Of a DNA stretch of 64,000 nt, positions 10,575-18,640 are shown piece by piece. The stretch is taken from NCBI GenBank assembly GCA_963662465.1, contig OY759599.1:7712001-7776000 (forward strand), written 5' to 3'. Position numbers and translations under genes: made by a program. How positions within the stretch are numbered: the first letter of the stretch is position 1; the number at the start of each line of letters is the position of its first letter. The DNA is from Desulfatiglandales bacterium. GTDB lineage: Bacteria > Desulfobacterota > DSM-4660 > Desulfatiglandales > Desulfatiglandaceae. Below the pieces are notes generated by a model that worked only from the letters and a program-made list of their open reading frames with translations, was not told the origin of the DNA and did not search any database.

Positions 10575-10770
10575 ATGATGAACCCCTTTCTTGAAATGGA
10601 TATGAAGAATCCTACCATGAGGAAAAGTCAGGGACAACTTTTTATTTTGAGGGGATGTTTTTTTTAAGCCGTCCTCTTTTTCAGGGCCGGTTTTTTGTGT
10701 CAGTAAAAGTTTTTTTGACCCAATTTTGACCCAAACCAGCCCAAAACAAAAAAAGCACTCACAGCCAAAA

Positions 10771-10841
10771 GCCGTAAGTGCTTGTTATTGTTGGTGCGCC
10801 CAGCAGGATTCGAACCTGCGACCTACGGATTCGTAGTCCGT
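10771..10841. repeat. att site: displaced tRNA-Arg 3' fragment plus IHF-like flank
   Basis: gccgtaagtgcttgttattgttggtgcgccc...tcgtagtccgt matches 34658-34728 except position 10780; ends at the anticodon stem. Confidence 0.95.
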
Positions 10842-10964
10842 TTTAGGGATGATTTCCAGGGAAACCATAGGACGCTAAAAGATACATTTTCTGATTGACA
10901 TTTCAAAACCTTATCTATAAAATACCTTCCTAGAACGTCCTTCAAAATCCCTTAGTTTAAGCTT

Positions 10965-10989
10965 AAAAAAGTGGTAAATAAGTGGTAAA
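10965..10989. repeat. Putative integrase arm-type sites (tandem AAGTGGTAAA)
   Basis: aaaaaagtggtaaataagtggtaaa identical at 10965-10989 and 34596-34620, inside both element ends; extra gtggtaaa at 34573-34580. Confidence 0.75.
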
Positions 10990-11009
10990 CCGTTTCCAGG
11001 GAGGCCGAT

Positions 11010-12275
11010 GTGAGAAAGAAGATTGAATGGATAAAAACTCGGTATGTAGGAGTAAGATGTTTTAGGCATTCCGAACGAAAACATGGGGTGCAATTCGATA
11101 AGTCTTTTCATGTTCGTTTCAATGGGGATGGTAAATTGTGGCAATCATCCCTTGGATGGTCCAGCGAGGGCATGACAGCCGAGAAAGCATCTATGAAGCT
11201 GTCAGAGTATAAGCAAAATTTCAAAGCCGGTAAACGTCCATGGACGATAACCATGGAAAGGGAAGATTCTGAACGGAAAGCCCAAGCAAAAGTTGAAGCC
11301 AAAGCCACATTGGAAAAAGAGTCCATGACCTTTGGAGAATATTTTGAGAAAATTTATTACCCCATTGCCAAGACTTCAAAGAAACAAAGGAGCTATGAAC
11401 AAGAGCTGTCACATTTCAATTTGTGGTTGAACCCTGCTATTGGAAATATGCGGTTGAGAGACATAAGGCCTATGCACTTGGAACGGGTAAAACGAAATCT
11501 TTTGAATGCTCCGGTCATATCCAGGGGGAAGAAACCAAAAAAAAGCTCGGTAAAGAAGCAAGCTAGATCTCCAAGGATGATTCAATATGTTTTTGCCACA
11601 GGGCGGCAATGTTGGAATTATGCGCGGCGGGATGGGCATGTGGCCGGCGAATGGCCAGGGAAGGAGGTTAAGATCCCAAAGGTTGAAAACCAGAGGATGC
11701 GTTTCTTGACGGATGCGGAGGGTGATCAGTTGTTGGCCGGGTTGAAAGAACGGAGTCAGCAATTATATGATATATGTTTGTTGTCCTTGGATAGCGGGCT
11801 GCGGGCTAATGAAATTTTCTCCCTTACATGGAACCGGGTTGATATTGATCAGAAGTCTGTCAAAGCTTTTGATTCCAAAGGGCGTGATCGGGTGGTTTAT
11901 TTGACGGACAGGGCAGCAGATATGCTTCAGGCTTTACCAGAACGTCAAGGGCTTGTGTTCAAGAGCCGTACGGGGGAACAGATCAAAGAAATATCAAATG
12001 CTTTCAACAGGGAGGTTGACAGCTTGGGGTGGAACGAAGGGGTCCATAGCAGAAAAGATAAACTTGTTTTCCATTCCCTGCGGCATTCGTACGCTTCCAG
12101 GCTTGTGGCCAGGGGTGTGGATCTGTATGTGGTGGGGCAGTTGATGGGGCACAGCGATCTTACAATGACAAAACGGTATAGCCATCTAAGGCCGGATACG
12201 TTACAGGCTGCGGTGGGATTGCTTGATGAACGAAAACAACAGGCGGATGTGATCCCATTGGCAGTAAAGAGTTGA
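11010..12275 (+). CDS. int: Tyrosine recombinase / phage integrase
   Basis: SGLRANE (R), FHSLRHSYAS (HxxR), LMGHSDLTMTKRY (H, Y); next to att. Confidence 0.95.
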   Translation: MRKKIEWIKTRYVGVRCFRHSERKHGVQFDKSFHVRFNGDGKLWQSSLGWSSEGMTAEKASMKLSEYKQNFKAGKRPWTITMEREDSERKAQAKVEAKATLEKESMTFGEYFEKIYYPIAKTSKKQRSYEQELSHFNLWLNPAIGNMRLRDIRPMHLERVKRNLLNAPVISRGKKPKKSSVKKQARSPRMIQYVFATGRQCWNYARRDGHVAGEWPGKEVKIPKVENQRMRFLTDAEGDQLLAGLKERSQQLYDICLLSLDSGLRANEIFSLTWNRVDIDQKSVKAFDSKGRDRVVYLTDRAADMLQALPERQGLVFKSRTGEQIKEISNAFNREVDSLGWNEGVHSRKDKLVFHSLRHSYASRLVARGVDLYVVGQLMGHSDLTMTKRYSHLRPDTLQAAVGLLDERKQQADVIPLAVKS

Positions 12276-12361
12276 AACTCGATGATCAAGTTTTTTCTCA
12301 AACCTTGTAAACACTGGGTTGAGAATGACATGCTTTTACAAGAATATTTTTGTTAAAAACC

Positions 12362-12445
12362 ATAAGTATTTGATATTATTGATTGTCAATAAACATGCCA
12401 AAAATGCCGCTGTTTTGATTAAAATCAATCATATCAATATCTTAT
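12362..12445. promoter_or_regulatory. Inverted pair of IHF-consensus sites upstream of the replication module; TTGACA at 12530
   Basis: TATCAA-TATC-TTA (+) and TATCAA-ATAC-TTA (-) both fit WATCAANNNNTTR. Confidence 0.45.
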
Positions 12446-12807
12446 AGAAAAATTGATCATTAAGGTAAAGTTTTTAAACAAACTTTCAACCCTTGCTAAC
12501 TTTTATAATTTTTATTATTATTCTTGCTATTGACAATCTTTGGACAATGCGTCCAAAGAAAAGCCCCTAAAGCTCGTTGGCGCGGGCAGTAGGGGCAAAG
12601 TCGATGCAAGAAGCAAAATAAACCTTCTCTCCAAAGTCGGCGTTTGGCTTCTGCGGTAAAAAGAGTAAGCAAAATTAGAGAGCGTGTCAAGATTATTTTC
12701 ACAGGCTTGACTTCTTTTCGTTTCCCCTTTCTTCCCGTAGTTACACCATACCCCTAGAGAATCCTTGCTTCTTGCCAAATCCTAGAAGGCAAGCAGGAGG
12801 ATTTTCC

Positions 12808-13032
12808 ATGCCTAAAACGAACCATGGTTCTATCCTGGAACCGGAACCCCATTTGCTTAAAGACCGTATCACCAAAACTGAAATCCGCCTTTGGCAACTT
12901 CGGCGGGCCTTGGGTGGGCGTCCGTGTGAATCCCACTTGAGCCGAGTCTTAGCTGGTATTGTCCCTATGAGCCGTGACTTGGAGAGCCGGATCACTTCCG
13001 TATTGGATAATCTGGAAGGAGGTGACCGCTAA
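12808..13032 (+). CDS. Small HTH-like DNA-binding protein (Cro/XRE-like)
   Basis: RBS AGGAGG before ATG 12808; LWQLRRALG...ESHLSRVLAG pattern; coupled to next gene. Confidence 0.6.
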   Translation: MPKTNHGSILEPEPHLLKDRITKTEIRLWQLRRALGGRPCESHLSRVLAGIVPMSRDLESRITSVLDNLEGGDR

Positions 13033-13259
13033 TGCCAAAACCCAAAGATATTTTTCAGGCAATGGCGGAAAAATGGCCATCTGCAATTGTAGCCAGAACT
13101 GAAATGAGAGATTTTTCCGGTGGTGCTGTATCAGCCAAGCTTTTGGCCAATGCAGACTGCGAGGGAACCGGGCCAAAGGGCCGTTTTTGTATTGGGCGCA
13201 AAGTCTGCTACTCGGTGGAAAATGCCATAGATTGGCTGCGAGCCAGGGCCAGCAAATAA
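13032..13259 (+). CDS. Excisionase/AlpA-like winged-helix protein
   Basis: SAKLLANADCEGTGPKGRFCIGRKVCYSVENAIDWL matches the Xis/AlpA GP-F-IGRKV-Y-W pattern. Confidence 0.75.
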   Translation: MPKPKDIFQAMAEKWPSAIVARTEMRDFSGGAVSAKLLANADCEGTGPKGRFCIGRKVCYSVENAIDWLRARASK

Positions 13260-13269
13260 TTGGGGAAAT

Positions 13270-14097
13270 GTGCCAGAAATGAAAAGGCCCTTTCCAGGGG
13301 CAAGCTGGAATGGGCCATCGAGGTTAAAAATGAATTCAATTAACAACAATTTAAAGCCTGATCTTGATCAAGTCAAGACTTATTCCCTATATGATCGGGA
13401 AGTCTGGAACTTGTTTCTAAAATCTGGTGAAGTTGTCGAAATGCGTATTCTGGGGGCCTTCGGTAAGCACAGGGCATGGGCCGGTTTTGCCAAGGGTACG
13501 GTTTCGGGATACTTTGACAATCACACTGATTTCTGTAAATGCCTAAAAGTGGCGGATACTGCTGAATGTGATGGTGTTTACTTCACACTTCATGTGATTG
13601 ATCCACGGTTGATAGGCAGAGCATTAAACAGGCTGAAAGCTGCGGATAAAACCACAGCAGACAACAACGTCATAATTTACCGGTGGTTGCCGGTTGATCT
13701 TGACGCCAACAGGCCCTCCGGCATTTCATCCAGTGACAGTGAGCTTAAACACGCTATGCTGATGCGGGAAGAGGTGGCGGCATGGGTTGTGTCCAATATG
13801 GGGTTATCATCCCCTGTCAAGGGCATGAGTGGCAACGGTGGCCATCTTCTTTTTCCTTTGCCTGATATTCCAGCCAACAAAGATTCAGAAGCATTCATCC
13901 AAAAAACCTTACAGGGGCTTCATAAACGTTTCAGTGATGATCAGGTGAGCATTGATACATCGGTGTTTAATCCTTCACGGATCTGGAAAGCTTATGGCAG
14001 TACAGCCAGGAAGGGTGATCAGGTTCCGGCGAATCAATACCGAGAGTCACGCCCTCACAGAATGGCGTTCATTGATGATCTGGGGGAGGTGTTTTAA
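13270..14097 (+). CDS. Archaeo-eukaryotic primase (AEP/primase-polymerase) domain protein
   Basis: AEP motifs WLPVDLD (DxD), SGNGGHLLF (SGxGxH), IDTSVFNPSRIWKAYG; start uncertain (13270 or 13330). Confidence 0.75.
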   Translation: MPEMKRPFPGASWNGPSRLKMNSINNNLKPDLDQVKTYSLYDREVWNLFLKSGEVVEMRILGAFGKHRAWAGFAKGTVSGYFDNHTDFCKCLKVADTAECDGVYFTLHVIDPRLIGRALNRLKAADKTTADNNVIIYRWLPVDLDANRPSGISSSDSELKHAMLMREEVAAWVVSNMGLSSPVKGMSGNGGHLLFPLPDIPANKDSEAFIQKTLQGLHKRFSDDQVSIDTSVFNPSRIWKAYGSTARKGDQVPANQYRESRPHRMAFIDDLGEVF

Positions 14098-14936
14098 TGG
14101 TGACTGCGGAAGATTTTATGAATAAAGCGGATGAACTGTTTGGAAAAAGTGATCCCAAGAAACCCGGTGGCGGGCAGTCGGGTGATAGGCGGATGGATCT
14201 GGGGTTGTACTTAGATTTTTTTAAGATCGGGTACAAGATAAAAACTAAGGGAACCCGGACAATTTATGCCCTTAACGAATGCCCGTTTGATTCAAGCCAT
14301 GTCAACAATGATGCGGCTTTCTTCCAGGATGAAAATGGAAAACTTGGATTCAAGTGTTTCCATGATTCTTGTCAGGGAAAGGGATGGAAGGAAGCGAAAG
14401 CGAAAATAAGCGGGGATGTGTCCCTGGGGGCTTTCATGGTTGGTGGCGATGGTGATGGAGAACAAAAGCTGGAATGGCCGGAACCGAAACCCATCAAAGC
14501 GGAATTGAAGCCGGTTGAAGCGATGCGGGAAGGGATGATCCCTGCTCCTTTCCTGCCCATGATAAGGGATGTATGTCACAGGATGTCAATTCCTTTGGAT
14601 TTTGTGGCTATTCCCATTGTGATTGTTGCCGGATCTGTTATCGGGACCGGATGCAGAGTGAAACCAAAGCGCAAGGATGATTGGGCGATTGTTCCAAACT
14701 TATGGGGAGGAATAATGGGTCCGCCATCCAGGTTGAAAAGTCCGGCATTGGAAGAGATTGTGAAAAAGCAGTTGGGCAGGCTTGAATCTGAAGAAATCGA
14801 GAAACACAAGACGGTCAAGGCTTCATGGTTGCAGGAAGTTGAAGGCCATAAGTTAAAGAAATCCGTTTTGGTATCGGAATATAAGAATGCGCTAAAAAAG
14901 GAGATTAAAAAATGCAAAACTCCAGTGAACTTTTAG
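14097..14936 (+). CDS. Zn-finger plus N-terminal half of DUF3987 (YfjI-like) helicase/ATPase
   Basis: CPFDSSH...CFHDSC Zn motif; WPEP; VPNLWGGIMGPPSRLKSP (Walker A-like). Confidence 0.8.
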   Translation: MVTAEDFMNKADELFGKSDPKKPGGGQSGDRRMDLGLYLDFFKIGYKIKTKGTRTIYALNECPFDSSHVNNDAAFFQDENGKLGFKCFHDSCQGKGWKEAKAKISGDVSLGAFMVGGDGDGEQKLEWPEPKPIKAELKPVEAMREGMIPAPFLPMIRDVCHRMSIPLDFVAIPIVIVAGSVIGTGCRVKPKRKDDWAIVPNLWGGIMGPPSRLKSPALEEIVKKQLGRLESEEIEKHKTVKASWLQEVEGHKLKKSVLVSEYKNALKKEIKKCKTPVNF

Positions 14937-15991
14937 AAGAAATCCAAGGGCTTTCGGATGCTACGGAACCCACAGAGAAACGATATAAAACCAATGATTG
15001 CACAACGGAAAAGATGGTTGAACTTCTCTCAGTTAATCCACGGGGGCTTTTATACTTTCGGGATGAGCTTGTGGGCCTATTCCGGCGGATGGATAAGCCT
15101 GGGTATGAACAGGACAGGGCCTTCCTCATTGAGTCATGGAGCGGGAATGGGGAGCATACGGATGATAGGATTAATCGGGGGACCATCAGGGCCAAGAACT
15201 TGTGCATCTCTATGTTGGGCAGTATCCAGCCGGGGAAGTTGGCGGGTTATTTGAGGCAAGCCATATCAGGTGATGACAACGACGGTTTTGTTCAAAGGCT
15301 TCAAATGATGGTTTACCCGGATCTGCCTAAGTTTGCTTACATAGATCGGTGGCCGGATGTGGAAGCAAAAAACAGGTGTTATGAAATTATCAGGGATTTG
15401 GCGAATTCAGATTTTGACGCATTCAGTATGGGTAATGATTTTGAACAGGATGAATCCGGGCCTTTCCTCAAATTTGACGATGAAGCGCAAGAGGTGTTTG
15501 AAGAGTGGTTCATGGACTTGCAATCAAAGATTGAGGCTGAAGATGAGCATCCCGCTCTCATTGAGCATTTGGGGAAGTACAGATCTCTTATGCCATCATT
15601 GGCGTTAATTTTCCATCTTATCGAGCTTGCGGATGGAACGGGCCAGGGCGCTATTTCCAAGAGGTGTGCAATACAGGCAGCGGCATGGTGTGACTACCTT
15701 GAATCACACGCCAGGCGGATATATGGCATGGTGCTTGATGGTGCTGCTATTGCGGCGGCTGTACTGTCACAAAAGATTGAAACCAAAAAGCTGGAATCCC
15801 CATTTAAGATCAGAACCATTCAGAGAAAGGGATGGGCGAGATTAACGGATAATTCCGAAATCCGGGAGGCTGTTTTGTATTTGGCCGATGCCGGATGGGT
15901 TCGGGAAAAGGAACCGGATCAAAAGAAATGGGGCAGACATGCGGAACCCGAATGGGAAATCAACCCTAATGTTTTTTCATATATTCACTAA
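14912..15991 (+). CDS. C-terminal half of DUF3987 (YfjI-like) helicase/ATPase
   Basis: RGLLYFRDEL (Walker B-like), DRINRG, GSIQP, DGFVQR; in -1 frame to upstream half, own RBS AAGGAG. Confidence 0.8.
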   Translation: MQNSSELLEEIQGLSDATEPTEKRYKTNDCTTEKMVELLSVNPRGLLYFRDELVGLFRRMDKPGYEQDRAFLIESWSGNGEHTDDRINRGTIRAKNLCISMLGSIQPGKLAGYLRQAISGDDNDGFVQRLQMMVYPDLPKFAYIDRWPDVEAKNRCYEIIRDLANSDFDAFSMGNDFEQDESGPFLKFDDEAQEVFEEWFMDLQSKIEAEDEHPALIEHLGKYRSLMPSLALIFHLIELADGTGQGAISKRCAIQAAAWCDYLESHARRIYGMVLDGAAIAAAVLSQKIETKKLESPFKIRTIQRKGWARLTDNSEIREAVLYLADAGWVREKEPDQKKWGRHAEPEWEINPNVFSYIH

Positions 15992-15996
15992 AAGGA

Positions 15997-16042
15997 GTAC
16001 CGACAAAACCGACAGAAGTAGTTTTGTCAGTTTTGTCAGTAC
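15997..16042. repeat. Iteron-like inverted/direct repeat; candidate replication origin
   Basis: gtaccgacaaaaccgaca ... tgtcagttttgtcagtac; further copies at 16176-16196 and 34407-34426. Confidence 0.65.
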
Positions 16043-16078
16043 CCAATTAAGGGAATAAGCGTTTTTTTAGGTGACCAC

Positions 16079-16420
16079 ATGAAATGGATTGATGAGCTTG
16101 AAAAGATAAAAAGTCCAGATCCCGAACCAGTAGGAACGGATGGCGCTAATGTTTTTTTGTGGGATGCTAAAAGGCGTACCGACAAAAGCGACAGAATGCC
16201 CACAACAGAAAAGCGAGAAAACGAAAGAACTGGTTATCCCATCCCAATGGATGAAACCGAATTTGCCATGGGCGAACGGCAAGCCATCATTGATGCGGAC
16301 GGTGGTCAGGATAAACTCTATTCCGGGCCGATGGATTTGAAAAGCAGGGACCTATCGGAGGATGAACTGCTGGCAGTCCACAGGGTAAGGGAATTTTTCC
16401 AAGGGACGTTGGTTCCCTAG
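16079..16420 (+). CDS. Hypothetical protein of replication module
   Basis: 113-aa ORF, RBS AGGTGA; ERQAII and LAVHRVREFFQG motifs. Confidence 0.6.
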   Translation: MKWIDELEKIKSPDPEPVGTDGANVFLWDAKRRTDKSDRMPTTEKRENERTGYPIPMDETEFAMGERQAIIDADGGQDKLYSGPMDLKSRDLSEDELLAVHRVREFFQGTLVP

Positions 16421-16561
16421 TCCGAAGATCAGACAGTAATTTAAAACCTTTAAACGGTCAATTGACATTTGCCTATGAGTTGGTGACACTATGACGTCAG
16501 CTCAGAAAGATGGTAAGAGAAATCAGCGTCAGGGCTACAAATCCCTTATTGTGGAGATGAT

Positions 16562-16687
16562 GTGGAGGCAAAAGAAAACAAGAGCAGGGACCTATCGGCT
16601 GTGGATCTTCTGGAAGTCCATGAAACGAAACGGGCCTTTGGCGGCGCGGTGATCCCATCAGAGCAGACAGAGGAAGGGCATGTTTGA
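16562..16687 (+). CDS. 41-aa paralogue of the C-terminus of 16079..16420
   Basis: GTG with GGAG RBS; KSRDLSAVDLLEVHETKRAFGGAVIP vs KSRDLSEDELLAVHRVREFFQGTLVP; shared DNA agcagggacctatcgg. Confidence 0.4.
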   Translation: MEAKENKSRDLSAVDLLEVHETKRAFGGAVIPSEQTEEGHV

Positions 16688-18640
16688 CATGAAACTTGCA
16701 AATCTTGACCTACATCCGTACCGGGGTCCGAAGCAAGTTTCCCGCCAAACATGCCACCAATTTTAATAACAACCCTGACCTTGAACGTTTTCCTCCCATC
16801 CCCGGGGCTGCAATCGGTATACCAAACAGCCGGCAAACCGATTGCAGCCCCTCATTCTCAGAAACCTCGAAACTCAGAGCCAAAGCCATTCGGAAGCGCA
16901 TCCCAAAGGCATCTACCGCAAACAGCCGCGGAAAATGCCTTTGGGGTACGCTGATCGTTTTAATAAAGGACCACTACATCGGAGCGCCCTCCGCAGAGAT
17001 CGCCAAGGCACATCCCTCGCAAAAAGAGCCGCAAGGGTCGCGCCATGCCGAACTCTGCTCCAGGCGAACCATTTTTATAACAGACCAGACCTCGACCGTC
17101 GGGGGGGGAAAGCCATGCCTTTCTGGGGTGAATCACAGTTCTACGACATCGGAAGAAGGGCCTGTCACACAGCTTGCAGGAGATATCATGTCGGGCAGCA
17201 GTGGCAAGCTGTCCGCCAGGCCCTTGCCAATTTGATAACAACCTTGTACTCGACGTTCTGGGACGGCTTCATAGGCATTGAGAATTTCGATAGCTGGTAA
17301 GCACTGCATCAGTAGGGTTTTTCGCAAGGCGCTTGCAGTTGGTCATGTCGGGCATAGTAGCAAGCCCCTCGCCAAAAACCCGTTAATCTAATCCACATAC
17401 CTTTGCAGCCATCTCCCAGGGATGCACCTCAAACTTTGGTTGCGACCTCAATGCTTTTACGACATCAGTTGGCTGTTGTCGGCACCCTTCCCCCCTCTCC
17501 CCACGCCCCTCTCCCCCCATCCCCTCCAGCCATTTGCTTAACCGTGCCCTGAAAAGAGGGACACTGGCAAATGGCTGGGATAAGGATGGGCCAAAGACGC
17601 GGCGCCGTTCCGGCTTGCAGGCCCACCTTCTTTTTAAGTGGGGAAAGGGGGGAAGGGTGCCAGTCTCGACAACTCAATCTAAGACCCTTACGGGAAATTC
17701 CGTCCGGAGGCCGGTAACCCGCCGGAGGCGTATCAGAAAAAACAGCACAATCCAATGGCGCTATGGCCCGGCACATCATCCGGCCAGGCACTTCCAAACA
17801 GCCGCAAGTGCCTCCCCTCCTTCAGCGCCAGGCCACAGCGCCCCCAAGTTTAACCCTGGTACTTTTCATGGCAAGCCTATCAGGTCCACAACCTTGGTAA
17901 GCAGGGCATCAGACCGCCCGGTGGCGGGCACATTAAACAAAGAACATACATCGGATCGGCCCGGTGGCCGTCTTAATTTAAAAGAGCATGCATCAGGCCG
18001 CCCGGTGGCGGTCACAATTTGATTCACATACCTTTGCAGCGACCTCTTTCCTCTTATCCTTCAGCATTGGAATCCCTTAACCTTGGGGCTCAAACGTCGC
18101 GCCAAAACAAGAGCGTGATATTCCTTCAACGTTCACAGCCAATGGCCCACCCTCAATCACGCACTCGTTTTGGCGCGGCGAGGTGTGTTTTCCCTTCGCT
18201 CGCGGTAAGCTTTTCCTTTGACTTGAAAGTCCTCGCGTCACGCGGGCAAAGGCAAAACACCCCATTCGGTTTTGATCACATACCTTTGCGGTCAGCCCTT
18301 TCCTCTCATGCACCAGCGCACGGCGGAATGTTCTTCGTTTATTTCAATCTCAACCAGCCGAGCGCTTCCGTTGAGGGACTTCAACCGCTTGGCTTGGTCA
18401 TTCCATAGGACTGCGGGTGGGCGCAAAGGGACGCGCTCACCCTTGCGCCAATTCCAATGGTTGCCATTCCATGGGTAGCTTGGTTGTAGGGCGCAGGGAA
18501 AAAGTGCGATTAATCTAACTCGCCCCCACCCCTTTACCCACACCCGGCTCCGCCCCCAGTGGGTTACTTGCCCTTACGGGCTCGTGCAATATGTAAAACC
18601 CCACTAACCCCCATCCTCCCTACACCCTCCTGGCCCCCGG
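16677..18640. repeat. Non-coding array of motif-framed stem-loops (function unknown)
   Basis: At least 12 inverted repeats read directly; recurring flanks CATC(A/G)G and AAT(T/C)T, loops CAAACAGCCG x3, TCATGTCGGGCA x2, CGGT x3, and CACATACCTTTGC x3. Confidence 0.8.
17907..18020. repeat. Three 42-bp tandem units, each with a CGGT-loop hairpin
   Basis: CATC at 17907, 17949, 17991; stems ccgcc/ggcgg, cggcc/ggccg, ccgcc/ggcgg. Confidence 0.85.

Noticed and set aside
10792..10841. Second tRNA gene
   Set aside because: Only the 3' portion from the anticodon arm onward is present; it is the att duplication
16696..18543. ORFs 16696..17235, 16842..17300, 17534..18022, 18019..18408 and antisense ORFs as genes
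   Set aside because: Overlapping in several frames, mostly weak starts, Pro/Arg/Ser-rich composition typical of GC-rich structured non-coding DNA
16677..18640. CRISPR array or integron attC array
   Set aside because: No identical 23-47 bp repeats at regular spacing, no cas genes, no RYYYAAC/GTTRRRY boxes and no cassette ORFs between hairpins
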